From Negativicutes bacterium (GTDB lineage Bacteria; Bacillota; Negativicutes; UBA1444), in NCBI GenBank assembly GCA_963665275.2, contig CAXXIN010000003.1, forward strand, positions 160,001-224,000: 64,000 nucleotides of DNA. The letters are read 5' to 3'. The notes under the pieces were generated by a model that was not told the DNA's origin, searched no databases, and saw nothing but the letters and a program-made list of their open reading frames with translations. The number at the start of each line of letters is the position of its first letter. Within the stretch, counting starts at the first letter, position 1. The position numbers were made by a program, and so were the translations under genes. Below, piece after piece: positions 1 to 10,011 of this stretch.

Positions 1-880
1 TCACGATGGCGGAGAGAACAAAAGCGAAAGATCGCCATAATATTTCGAGGCCGCTGCCGGTGAACACAACTTTTGCGTGAGCGCTTTCCACTTTGCTGCA
101 CAACCAGCGCATATTGGCGGCAACGACCCAGGCCCACCCCACAATCGTGAACATCGATAATACAATCAAAACATACCAGCCGATGAACCGCCCATAACTG
201 CCAGTAAATTTGAGCGATAATGCACGTCCATCAGCCGCTAGGCTCTCAATCACCCAACGGAAGAGGATGAGCGAAAGGTATGGATTCAGAAACAATGGCA
301 AAATCTGAAATAACGGATTCTTAACAAGACCGATATAACCGCTTAGCGCCAGCAGAATGCACCAAACCCACTTGTCGCCGGGGTTGCCGGTAAACTCGAC
401 TCGCGACACCCGCGGCAGCTGCAGATGGGCAACAAACCATTTGTAAAAGCTCGTAATCGCCCACGGCGCCGGCACGACCAATAGGGTCCCGAACATGAGC
501 AGCAGGACGCGACCCAAAAGCCCCCACACACTCATGTTGGTCCCAAACGCCTGAGAAGAGAAGCGCTCCCTTTGCTGGCTGGGCATGCCGAAAACATCCC
601 CGGCTTTGACCCACTCGGTCATCCCTTCACTGCATACCATTGCATCGCCGGTCACTTGCCCCCGCGCAATCCACTCACGCACCTGTTCTTCAGGGTAAGG
701 CCCCGACTGCTGCCCCGCGACCGCTAGATACCAAGTTCGCGATACCGGGGGGAAAGATCCTGGCAGCGGCGGCGGTCCGGCTACCGCTCCTACTGATTGA
801 TTGGCTGACAAATCCGTCCCACAGGAGCCGCAAAACCTCGCCGTATCCGGATTTTCTCTGCCGCAGTTTTTACAAAACAA
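1..880 (-). CDS. Zinc-ribbon + GYF_2 (DUF4339) + DUF898/YjgN-like membrane protein, 3' end beyond window edge
   Basis: Not in ORF track (no stop in window). Manual translation from TTG 880 (GGAGGAG RBS upstream): MFCKNCGRENPDTARFCGSCG, Pro-rich linker, WYLAVAGQQSGPY...EGMTEW, then repeated hydrophobic segments with FTG motifs; frame open to base 1. Confidence 0.8.
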   Translation of the reverse strand, partial: MFCKNCGRENPDTARFCGSCGTDLSANQSVGAVAGPPPLPGSFPPVSRTWYLAVAGQQSGPYPEEQVREWIARGQVTGDAMVCSEGMTEWVKAGDVFGMPSQQRERFSSQAFGTNMSVWGLLGRVLLLMFGTLLVVPAPWAITSFYKWFVAHLQLPRVSRVEFTGNPGDKWVWCILLALSGYIGLVKNPLFQILPLFLNPYLSLILFRWVIESLAADGRALSLKFTGSYGRFIGWYVLIVLSMFTIVGWAWVVAANMRWLCSKVESAHAKVVFTGSGLEILWRSFAFVLSAIV

Positions 881-1207
881 AACTATCTCCTCCACAGTCC
901 CATCAGTTTTCGCAGGTAATGTATAGTTATTTTCTACACAGAATTACCTTTCCCTCTTTTCAAGGCACCGCTGAAGAGCATTTCCTGGCTAAACTATTTT
1001 CGCGAATCGCATTAATGATTACGAGGATCGCATCTTGTTTTCTTTATGCAAATTCAACTTATTATGTTTTTTGCAAAAATGCTTGTTTTTTACATTTTTT
1101 AAGCTAAAAACTTCACTTTGCTCGCCAAATCTTTGCGAACAGGAGCCGTACTGCGAATATCAGTATACCCCAGGATATATTCGATAAGCCTAGGTCCGGA
1201 GCAGGAT

Positions 1208-1233
1208 GTTTACACAAAATTATTGACAGACCC
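1208..1233. mobile_element. Orphan IS256-family terminal inverted repeat (relic)
   Basis: GTTTACACAAAATTATTGACAGACCC resembles the TTTACACAAAAT..TTGACA end typical of Firmicutes IS256 elements; no transposase adjacent. Confidence 0.5.
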
Positions 1234-1332
1234 TTTTACCGGTCTACTGAATGGGGGACGCCGCACAAGATTTTGTCCGCATCGCCTTGTCTGCACTTTA
1301 AGTTTGCGCTATACACGACCGCCATTGATAGC

Positions 1333-3444
1333 TTACTTTTTAATAATTACCAATCCATCTGCAGCAACAACACCCCTACCTCTTTCGTAAACAAACAATG
1401 GATTTATATCCATCTCAACTAATATATCTTTGTTCGCAACTGCAAAATTACTAATAGCCACCAAAGTAGTAGCCAGCGCCTCAATATCCAATTCTGCTTG
1501 TCCCCTATATCCGTAAAATAGAGGAGCTGCCTTTAGTGAACCAATCATTCTTAACGCTTCTTTATTATTAAATGGTGCTGGGTATAAAGACATGTCTTTG
1601 AATACCTCTACAAATATGCCACCAATCCCTACTAATACCATAGGTCCAAATTGCAGATCGTTCTTCACTCCTATAATAACTTCCATTGCATCCCTGGAAA
1701 GCATTTCTTGAATTAAGATGCCGTTAATTTTCGCATCGGGTTTGTGTTTCTTTACACTCGACAATATTTCATTGTAATATTTTTTAACATCATTGATATT
1801 ACTGATGTTTAGTTGTACTCCACCTACATCAGACTTATGAAGAATGTCTGCAGATTCAATTTTCAAAACTAAAGGGAATCCTATTTCATGGGCAATTTTT
1901 TCGGCTTCTTCTTCACTCATGGCTATTGCTTCTTTTGTGACAGGAACACCAAATTGTTTTAAAAGTTCTTTTGAATTATGTTCTGATAATGCAATTTTTT
2001 GACCTTCCATAACTTTGGGTGACGCTATTGTTAATGTCCTTGATTCACATGTTTGCACCCACTGTGAATAATTCAAGATATATTTAATAGTATTGCATGC
2101 GTAAACTGGCGGTGGCAAAACTGGAACCCCTACGTCAGCCAATCTGTCAATATATTTCTGTACTCTACCTGACTCCACAGATGGCATTACGGCAATAGGT
2201 TTCTTATTTCCACCTTTCATAATCTTTTCTATACCTTGAGTCATACATTCAACCGAAGGACTTAATAACTCTTCATCCGGTCCTATAGTCAAGCCAATGA
2301 TCATCATATCCACATTATTATCAGACAAAACCAACTTCAATACCGATGCGTAAACATCCGCATCATAGCAAACCGTTGCGGTCGTATCTAATGGATTATT
2401 GGGAGTCGCATAATTTGGTAAAATATTTTTCAACTTTTCAATAGTTTTCTGTTCAAAGTCAGGAAATTTCAGTCCGGCTATTGTGCCCATATCCGCACAT
2501 ATAGTTGTTTCACCACCGGAAACATTAACAGCGGTAAAAGCATTCCTAGATGGAAGCGAAGGCATTAGCGCCAGCGATGTCGTTACCGCTATCAGTTCTT
2601 CAATATCATTCACGCGAATTACGCCAAATTTAGAGAATATCGCATCAAACACTTTATCCGATCCCGACATACTCCCCGTGTGGGATGCAGCAAGCTGACT
2701 TCCTTTTTCCGAACGCCCCGCTTTTAAGATAACCACTGGTTTCTTTTGATGGGCAGCTTTTTTGAGTGCACAAGCAAATTTTTCTGGTTGGGACACCCCT
2801 TCTATATAAGCTGCTACCACTTTGGTATTTTCATCCTCAACTAAAAAATTTAAGTAATCTTCTATTTGAACAATTTTGCTATTACCAGAAGAAATCAAAT
2901 ACGAAAATCTAGTCTTAGGGCTATCATACATTGACTGACAAATCTGGCCGCTCTGTGCAACCAAACCGATTTTCCCGTTATTCTTGCGACCTCGTAATGT
3001 AAAGCCAAATGAAAATATTTTATCTATGAAGTTAACGTATCCCGCACAATTCGGACCCATTAATGCAATATTTAATTCATTGCACAATGCTTTCAAATCC
3101 ATTTCTGCTTGCTTGTCTTCTTCTCTTCCCGTTTCACCATAACCGCTCGCATAAACAACAGCTCCACCGGCTCCTTTTTTAGCCGCTTCTTTTAACAACT
3201 CTACTACCGTTGATTTCGGTGTTGCGATAATAATCAAATCAATATTTTCTGGAATGTCCGAGATAGCATGATATGTCCGAATTCCAAATACTTCATCGTG
3301 CTTAGAATTCACTAAATATAAGTCGCAAATTCTTTCTTTACATTGCTCAATGAATATTTTAACCGTTAATCCACCTAAACTTTTCTTCTCGTTGGCCCCA
3401 ACTATTACAACTTTGCGCGGCCTTAGCAATTTATCCAAATCCAT
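1333..3444 (-). CDS. ADP-forming acyl-CoA synthetase (acetate-CoA ligase family, fused alpha/beta)
   Basis: CoA-binding N-terminus, GPNCAG, catalytic ASHTGS, NPLD, C-terminal ATP-grasp with HKSD and DINP. Confidence 0.92.
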   Translation of the reverse strand: MDLDKLLRPRKVVIVGANEKKSLGGLTVKIFIEQCKERICDLYLVNSKHDEVFGIRTYHAISDIPENIDLIIIATPKSTVVELLKEAAKKGAGGAVVYASGYGETGREEDKQAEMDLKALCNELNIALMGPNCAGYVNFIDKIFSFGFTLRGRKNNGKIGLVAQSGQICQSMYDSPKTRFSYLISSGNSKIVQIEDYLNFLVEDENTKVVAAYIEGVSQPEKFACALKKAAHQKKPVVILKAGRSEKGSQLAASHTGSMSGSDKVFDAIFSKFGVIRVNDIEELIAVTTSLALMPSLPSRNAFTAVNVSGGETTICADMGTIAGLKFPDFEQKTIEKLKNILPNYATPNNPLDTTATVCYDADVYASVLKLVLSDNNVDMMIIGLTIGPDEELLSPSVECMTQGIEKIMKGGNKKPIAVMPSVESGRVQKYIDRLADVGVPVLPPPVYACNTIKYILNYSQWVQTCESRTLTIASPKVMEGQKIALSEHNSKELLKQFGVPVTKEAIAMSEEEAEKIAHEIGFPLVLKIESADILHKSDVGGVQLNISNINDVKKYYNEILSSVKKHKPDAKINGILIQEMLSRDAMEVIIGVKNDLQFGPMVLVGIGGIFVEVFKDMSLYPAPFNNKEALRMIGSLKAAPLFYGYRGQAELDIEALATTLVAISNFAVANKDILVEMDINPLFVYERGRGVVAADGLVIIKK

Positions 3445-3564
3445 TTTATATCATCCTCCGGAACAATCTATTAGTATTCTTTGGCAAGTTAATCCATGGT
3501 GGAAAAGCCTTAAAAATCCACCCTTCACGTTCTGTTTTACCAATTGCCCCCATAAGGGATCACA

Positions 3565-4551
3565 TTAATGTTCTTTTTGGGTTACGCCATTGACTATGTA
3601 ACACTTCTCATATTCACCTTTTAAATAAAAAAGAATATTTTCTGCTGATTGTGTTTTGGCATCGCGCACAGATGACAAAGAATAAAACGCCACATGGGGC
3701 GTAAGAATAACATTGTGCCGTCCGCATAAAGCATTATTATTCAAATCCGGATGTTCATCCACTAGGACATCTAACGCTGCAAAACCTACTTTACCTGAAT
3801 TAAGTGCATTCACCAATGCATTCTCGTCGATTATGCCCCCTCTTGATGTATTTATCAAAACAACTCCATCTTTCATTTTCGCAAAAGCTTGAGTGTTAAG
3901 CGTTTTTTCAGTATTTTTATTTAGTGGCAAATGGCAACTAATATAATCGGCTTTTTCATAAAGCTCATCTAATGTTACCAATTTCACACCACACTTATCT
4001 GCGTCTTCCGAGGAAACGAATGGATCGTAAGCAATAATTTCAGGGCCAAAACCGTTCAGTCTTTTGGCTACCAACTTGGAGATATTCCCAAAGCCCAACA
4101 AACCTATGGTACATTCACAAAATCTCGTCATGTTTGGGCAAAGATCAAACTTCCAAGCTTTGTTTTGCTGAACACTTGTATTAAATTGAACAAGCCTTCG
4201 ATTTATGCAAAGCATCAAGGCAACCGTATGGTCTGCCACTTCATTTATACAATACTGAGGAATGTTGGTAACAGCGATATTTCTTTTTTTTGCATCATTC
4301 AAATCAACAGAGTTAAAACCTATCGACTTAAATGATAATATTTTTAATTTCGGCAATTTTTCCATCACTTTATCAGTAAAAGGCTCATAACAACAGATAA
4401 CTGCATCCGCATCCTTACAGTTTTCTATCAGTTCTTCTTCAGTTTTACATGGTATTTTTGCTATTTGTGCAAAATCTCCAAATACTTTTTCTTCTTCATC
4501 CAAACCACCCATTGAGTTAAAAGTAAGAATAACTTTTTTCATGGTGCGCAT
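3565..4551 (-). CDS. D-isomer-specific 2-hydroxyacid dehydrogenase (CtBP-like)
   Basis: GLLGFGNI Rossmann motif, INTSRG, LTPHVAF; start may be ATG 4542 by RBS spacing. Confidence 0.9.
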   Translation of the reverse strand: MRTMKKVILTFNSMGGLDEEEKVFGDFAQIAKIPCKTEEELIENCKDADAVICCYEPFTDKVMEKLPKLKILSFKSIGFNSVDLNDAKKRNIAVTNIPQYCINEVADHTVALMLCINRRLVQFNTSVQQNKAWKFDLCPNMTRFCECTIGLLGFGNISKLVAKRLNGFGPEIIAYDPFVSSEDADKCGVKLVTLDELYEKADYISCHLPLNKNTEKTLNTQAFAKMKDGVVLINTSRGGIIDENALVNALNSGKVGFAALDVLVDEHPDLNNNALCGRHNVILTPHVAFYSLSSVRDAKTQSAENILFYLKGEYEKCYIVNGVTQKEH

Positions 4552-4646
4552 CTCCTCGATAAGATTTATACGACTTGACTCAACTCGGAAAATCGGTCTT
4601 AGTACAGCAATAATGCGCTACAAACTGCATATAAGGATTCCGTGTT

Positions 4647-5189
4647 TTACTTAGCGATACAATTATATCCGGCATCAAATGCGTCCACATTTTTCGCATT
4701 ATATTTGCCTTTTCCGTGATCTTCAAAATACTTACATATTGCATCCAAGCATATTTCTTTATCAAAAAGGTTAGTTGCTTTAACCAAAGCGCCTAACATG
4801 ACTAGATTGCTGCCATGAATATTACCAACTTTTTCCGCCAATGAATTGGCTCCAACTTTCACCACTCTTATTTCTTTTCTATACTGTTTATTTTCTTCAA
4901 CTAAGTCAGAGTTCACAAATAAGTATCCGCCAAGGTTTACCTTTTTCTCAAATTTATCTATTGCCAACTCATTCATCGTAAAAAGGATATCAAGATTCTT
5001 AATGTAAGGACTGGCTATTGCCTCGTTAGAAAATTTCACACTACAATTTGCTGTTCCCCCTCGCATTTCAGAACCATAGGAAGGATACCAGCATACATTC
5101 ATTCCACTGGCTTTTGCCGCATGAATCAACATCATGCCAGCGGTAAGCACACCTTGTCCACCATATCCAGCACAGATAATTTCAGTCAT
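4647..5189 (-). CDS. 2-oxoacid:ferredoxin oxidoreductase gamma subunit
   Basis: AGYGGQG, PSYGSEMRGG, NLVMLGA. Confidence 0.92.
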   Translation of the reverse strand: MTEIICAGYGGQGVLTAGMMLIHAAKASGMNVCWYPSYGSEMRGGTANCSVKFSNEAIASPYIKNLDILFTMNELAIDKFEKKVNLGGYLFVNSDLVEENKQYRKEIRVVKVGANSLAEKVGNIHGSNLVMLGALVKATNLFDKEICLDAICKYFEDHGKGKYNAKNVDAFDAGYNCIAK

Positions 5190-5932
5190 ACTATTTGTCT
5201 CCCTCCATCGATGAATTCACCGATGTCATAATATGAGCATAGTTCTTCCTTTATTCTTTTCATCGAATTCACTGGACTCATATTCCAGTTTGTCGGGCAA
5301 GGCGCCAACAGTTCCACCAAGGAAAACCCTGCATTATTCATTTGCTTTTCAATCGCTTTTCCTAAATATTTTTTACAGTTTCTAATTTCATTTGCGTTAT
5401 GCATGGATCCCCTTGCCAAATAAGCGATATTCAATTTCCCCATTACATCGACAATATCAAAGGGTTTTCCTGTTTTTTTAGCATTTCGTCCAGATGGAGA
5501 AGATGTTGTCTTCTGCCCTTCCATAGTTGTAGGTGACATTTGTCCGCCGGTCATTCCATAAACGCCATTATTTACTACCACTACCGTTACGTTATTATTG
5601 CGAAGTGCTGCATGCATTGTCTCCGCTAACCCGATCGAATAAGCCGCGCCATCTCCTACATATACTATTGAGGGATTAAATGGCCGTACCGATTTTACGC
5701 CTACTGCAACAGCAACATCTCTACCATGCGCGCTCATAATTGTATCTACATTCCACGTCTTCCATTGCATACAACCACATGCGACATCTACCGTTATTAT
5801 GGCCTTATTAATTAAGCCCATTTCTTCCAATACTTCTACTAATAACCTGTTAGCTATGCCATGTCCGCACCCAGGACAAAATCTTGTTGTTTCAGCTATT
5901 AATAATCTATTGGGAGCTTTTACTGCGGCCAT
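5186..5932 (-). CDS. 2-oxoacid:ferredoxin oxidoreductase beta (TPP-binding) subunit
   Basis: FCPGCGHG, GDG...NN, GMTGGQMSPTT, PCPTNW; start set to ATG 5932 just after alpha-subunit stop. Confidence 0.92.
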   Translation of the reverse strand: MAAVKAPNRLLIAETTRFCPGCGHGIANRLLVEVLEEMGLINKAIITVDVACGCMQWKTWNVDTIMSAHGRDVAVAVGVKSVRPFNPSIVYVGDGAAYSIGLAETMHAALRNNNVTVVVVNNGVYGMTGGQMSPTTMEGQKTTSSPSGRNAKKTGKPFDIVDVMGKLNIAYLARGSMHNANEIRNCKKYLGKAIEKQMNNAGFSLVELLAPCPTNWNMSPVNSMKRIKEELCSYYDIGEFIDGGRQIV

Positions 5933-5933
5933 T

Positions 5934-6998
5934 TTATAACACTTCCTTTGCTTTTCCCGCGAGAATGTCTTTAGCAAATTGAATAATATTTTCCGTCTCC
6001 GGCGCAATAAATGAATTTCCATAGTAATAAACCGGATACTTGCATTTCGTTGCAACTTTTACATCATCAACTAATTGACCCAATGCGTTCATTTCCACAG
6101 TCATCAATGCTTTACAAGCATCTGACAATGTTGCAAATGCTTTTACTGGAAACGGAAACAATGTAATAGGTCTGATTAGCCCTAATTTTATGTTTTGGGA
6201 CCTTGCCAATTTGACAACTTCTTTTGATATTCTCGAGCTGATACCATACGCCACCATGACTACTTCAGCATCTTCAACGAGTATGCTTTCCCATCTTTGC
6301 TCAGTATCATTCATCGACTGATACTTTTCTCTGAGTCGATTGTCATAATCAGCTTCCACATAAGAAGTGTTCGCAATTACTTTGTGTGGTTCATCATCTT
6401 TTGCGCCTTTTACTGTCCACTCGAATTTATCAATGTCATGTTCCTGCATTGCAGGCAGCTTTACGGCCTCTACCATTTGCCCGATAGCCGCGTCTGATAA
6501 GACAATGACTGGATGCCTGTATTTTTCCGCAAGATCAAAGGCTTGATAAACAAAATCTGCGTTTTCCTGAACCGAGTTGGGTGCTAATACAATGACTCGG
6601 GTATCTCCGTGTCCATTTCCTCTTGTCACTAACCAGTAGTCACCTTGCCCTTGCTGTATTTCACCCAGGCCATTTCCGCATCTAGCAACATCAACCAATA
6701 CGCAAGGAAGATCCGCGGCTACCAAATAGGAAATCCCCTCTTGCATTAGCGAAAACCCTGGCCCTGATGATGATGAAAGAGCTCTTGCGCCTGTCGCTGC
6801 AGCACCATACAACATATATATCCCGGCAATTTCCGATTCGGATTGTATGAACGTTCCTCCAACCTCATCCATTCTCCATGATAGATATTCCAATATTTCT
6901 GTTTGCGGAGTTATTGGGTACCCGCTAAAAAATCTACACCCAGCCCTTAAAGCCGCTTCAGCCAAGGCCTCATTGCCTTTCATTAATACTTCAGTCAT
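5934..6998 (-). CDS. 2-oxoacid:ferredoxin oxidoreductase alpha subunit (Vor/Kor-type)
   Basis: KGNEALA, GYPITPQ, SSSGPG, VEMNALGQL. Confidence 0.92.
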   Translation of the reverse strand: MTEVLMKGNEALAEAALRAGCRFFSGYPITPQTEILEYLSWRMDEVGGTFIQSESEIAGIYMLYGAAATGARALSSSSGPGFSLMQEGISYLVAADLPCVLVDVARCGNGLGEIQQGQGDYWLVTRGNGHGDTRVIVLAPNSVQENADFVYQAFDLAEKYRHPVIVLSDAAIGQMVEAVKLPAMQEHDIDKFEWTVKGAKDDEPHKVIANTSYVEADYDNRLREKYQSMNDTEQRWESILVEDAEVVMVAYGISSRISKEVVKLARSQNIKLGLIRPITLFPFPVKAFATLSDACKALMTVEMNALGQLVDDVKVATKCKYPVYYYGNSFIAPETENIIQFAKDILAGKAKEVL

Positions 6999-7032
6999 TT
7001 TTATTTCCCTCCGTTAGAATAATCTCATTACT

Positions 7033-7233
7033 TTACTGTAAAATCTCGAATACATAGTCAGGACACACGGTATAACATGTTCCACAACCGATACATATTT
7101 CTTCATCCACTTTAACCACTTTAAATCCCTGGTTGTTCTTATTCTCCGATACAGATATCGCATGTACTGGGCAAGCTCCAATACAGTATTGACAGGTTTT
7201 ACATCTTTCTGTATACAATTTCACCTTTGCCAT
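7033..7233 (-). CDS. 2x[4Fe-4S] ferredoxin-like delta subunit
   Basis: Two CxxCxxCxxxCP motifs; ATG 7233 with AGGAGGAG RBS. Confidence 0.9.
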   Translation of the reverse strand: MAKVKLYTERCKTCQYCIGACPVHAISVSENKNNQGFKVVKVDEEICIGCGTCYTVCPDYVFEILQ

Positions 7234-7262
7234 TGTATTTATCTCCTCCTTCAAAATCCAAT

Positions 7263-8711
7263 CTATATAGCTGCATCTAATTTTTTCAGGGCAATTGCTT
7301 TTTCTTGGTCAGTTAATTTACGAATACCAATTCCGGTAACAGCATAAAAGACAGCAAATAAGGGTCCTAAATATGAAAGCATGGCCCATATGGCATATCC
7401 TTGATTTCCATAAATCGGCACTCCAAAAGTTGCAACATAAAACACAGCAGATAGACTCCAGGGAATCAGCGCCCCCATTTCCGTTCCAATATCCTCTAGG
7501 CATCTTGATAAAACACGCGGGGCAATCCCAAGTTCGATATATTTTCTTCTGAACATTTCTGGAACTAGTATAAATGCGATATATGCGGAGCCTGTCGCAA
7601 GCATAATGAGTAATACCATGAGTAATGTTGCCAAGATGACATGCATCTGTGTTTTAACCTTACTGGTAACGGGGTATAAAACTACATCAAGAAAACCAGC
7701 CTTACTTATTATTGCGGCGAAAGCATACCCGCAAAATACTATCAACACTACATCAGCCATAGAAAGCATTCCACCGCGATTAAGAATTCTTAATATTTCC
7801 GGGGCAACATTTCCTTTAAATGCCATTGTAGTTTTAAATCCACTCACTGTAGAGGCAAACCCATCCACTAATGAAAATCCTTGATAAAACAGCCCCAATC
7901 CTAATGCCGCAAGAATCGCAATAAAAAGGGTTGGTACGGGAGGTTTCTTTGTAACTGCTCCAATTATGATAATGACGAACGGTATCAATAATAAAATGCT
8001 CCATTGATACATGCTATCTAAAGATGCTAACATGCTTAACGTGGATTCAGGTATACCAACGCTTCCGGACGTCATATACTGCTTTCCCGCGATGAGATAA
8101 ACAACGCCAGCGATTATTGTTGGTGGAATCGTAGTCCAAAGCATAGATTGAATATGATCATATATATTTGCTCCTGAACAAAGAGGCGCAAAGTTAGTAG
8201 TTTCTGAAAGAGGCGACAATTTATCCCCAAATATTGCTCCTGCTATTACCGCCCCCACTGTAATAGGCAACGACACTCCTAATCCTTGAGCGACTCCAAC
8301 GAAAGCTACTCCTGCAGTCCCCGCCGAACTCCACGAACTTCCGGTACAGGTAGAAAATACCATGCAAGTTATAAACGCAGAAACTACAACATATGAGGGA
8401 TTGATCAATTTTAATCCATAATAAATTATCATGGGAATTGAACCCGAAAATATGAATGTTCCAATAACCATCCCAATGCACCATATTAGAATCAATACTG
8501 AAGTTGTTTTTCCCATTCTTTGAGATATTGCTTCTTCCAATTCATCCCACGTATACCCCAGTCTCAACGCTGCTATTCCAGCAATCATAGTCGCAATACA
8601 AAGCAACATCTCGGTTTTAAGTCTAAGAACCAAAGTTCCAACTATAATAATCATCAAAGAAATACCTGTTACACATAGGGATTGATTAAATGACGGAATC
8701 TTTTTCCCCAT
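7263..8711 (-). CDS. NhaC-family (Na+/H+ antiporter / amino-acid) transporter
   Basis: TGSSWSSAGTAG, GDKLSPLSETTN, LNRGG, IPWS; many TM segments. Confidence 0.9.
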   Translation of the reverse strand: MGKKIPSFNQSLCVTGISLMIIIVGTLVLRLKTEMLLCIATMIAGIAALRLGYTWDELEEAISQRMGKTTSVLILIWCIGMVIGTFIFSGSIPMIIYYGLKLINPSYVVVSAFITCMVFSTCTGSSWSSAGTAGVAFVGVAQGLGVSLPITVGAVIAGAIFGDKLSPLSETTNFAPLCSGANIYDHIQSMLWTTIPPTIIAGVVYLIAGKQYMTSGSVGIPESTLSMLASLDSMYQWSILLLIPFVIIIIGAVTKKPPVPTLFIAILAALGLGLFYQGFSLVDGFASTVSGFKTTMAFKGNVAPEILRILNRGGMLSMADVVLIVFCGYAFAAIISKAGFLDVVLYPVTSKVKTQMHVILATLLMVLLIMLATGSAYIAFILVPEMFRRKYIELGIAPRVLSRCLEDIGTEMGALIPWSLSAVFYVATFGVPIYGNQGYAIWAMLSYLGPLFAVFYAVTGIGIRKLTDQEKAIALKKLDAAI

Positions 8712-8965
8712 TTTGACGCACTTCCTTCTTAAAACTCTGAAATTAATTATCTCGCATTAATCGCTCGATTCAGAAGGCATTATATATTTTCCTGTGCGAT
8801 CTACCCTAAATGATGAGTTCTGCTGTGAGTTTTTTTGTTTTGCGTTAGTGTCGATTATTATTGAATTCTTTGATCAACTATCTAATCGATTGTTCAGCAG
8901 TAGGTAGTGCCAAGTGTATATACATGCATGCTTGACAGTACCTACTACATCTAAACTACCGACTA

Positions 8966-9964
8966 CTAGAACATTTTATCGTTTTCCATAAGTGTTAAGT
9001 CTTGCCCAATTTCTTTTTCTACCGCTTTCTTGTAAATCAGAGAGGCAAGAGCAACATCATCAATGGCCATCCCAATATTAATAACCAAAAAACGTTCCTT
9101 ATCATTTACTCTGCCAGCTTTTTTATGACTAACAATATCACCAATTTCTGCGTACAAATTAGGGGGTGCGGCAAACGCTCCTGCGGCAGTCTTAAGCCAG
9201 TAGGAAGTCTGTCCCCAATCGTCAGTGACAAATTTATCGATACTTTCGATAACATCTTTGTTAAATGCGCGAGCAGCTTCCAGTCCACATGCGCAAACCC
9301 CTTCTTTGAGCCATTCAAAAGGAATAAAAGGTTTTTTAAGATTTTCAGTTGCCGTCAACACAAAGTCTGATTTTCGTATTGCCTCCTCCGTTTCAACATT
9401 TGTAATTACCTCAATTCCTGTTTTCTCACTAATATATTTTGCAAATCTAACTCGTGTATCTTCATTTAGATCTTGTGCATACACTCTTTTAAGTTTTGGC
9501 ATTACCGCATGTAACATTAAAGCATTTATCGTTCCTTGAACACCAGTTCCAATAACCGCAAGAGTTTGCGAATCTTTTTTAGCGCAATATTTAGCTGTGA
9601 TAGCTGTCATTGCAGCAGTTCTAGCAGCAGTCAACCACCTACAATCCATTACAGAAAGTGGCATTCCTGTTTCACAATCATTTAAGATCATTAGCCCCGC
9701 TATGGAAGGCAAGTCAATCTTACCATTTTCTGGATAACCACTAACCCACTTCAATCCACAAATATCTTGGTCTTTTATCCACGCAGGCATAGCATGAATA
9801 AATGCTCCATCCCGAGTATGTATCCCGGGTTTAGGAGGCATCTCAATTTGTTTATTACTATGAGCAACTAATCCCTTTTCGACTACATCAATAATCTCAT
9901 TGATAGATATATCTAACCCCATAATATCCTCTTGCGATAAATACCTAAAATCAACTTTTTTCAT
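8966..9964 (-). CDS. Ornithine cyclodeaminase / mu-crystallin family NAD-dependent enzyme
   Basis: HAMPA, GLKWVSGYPEN, LTAARTAA, IGTGVQG, GMAIDD; start ATG 9964 with AAAGGAG RBS. Confidence 0.9.
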   Translation of the reverse strand: MKKVDFRYLSQEDIMGLDISINEIIDVVEKGLVAHSNKQIEMPPKPGIHTRDGAFIHAMPAWIKDQDICGLKWVSGYPENGKIDLPSIAGLMILNDCETGMPLSVMDCRWLTAARTAAMTAITAKYCAKKDSQTLAVIGTGVQGTINALMLHAVMPKLKRVYAQDLNEDTRVRFAKYISEKTGIEVITNVETEEAIRKSDFVLTATENLKKPFIPFEWLKEGVCACGLEAARAFNKDVIESIDKFVTDDWGQTSYWLKTAAGAFAAPPNLYAEIGDIVSHKKAGRVNDKERFLVINIGMAIDDVALASLIYKKAVEKEIGQDLTLMENDKMF

Positions 9965-10011
9965 ACAAACTTCTCCTTTCACTTTTTGCAATGCTCAAGA
10001 TATCAAATACA

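Noticed and set aside
321-1390. ORF-track calls 321..614, 343..531, 640..1107 and 1118..1390
   Set aside because: They overlap the better-supported minus-strand gene 1..880 or lie in intergenic/IS scar DNA, and have no recognisable motifs
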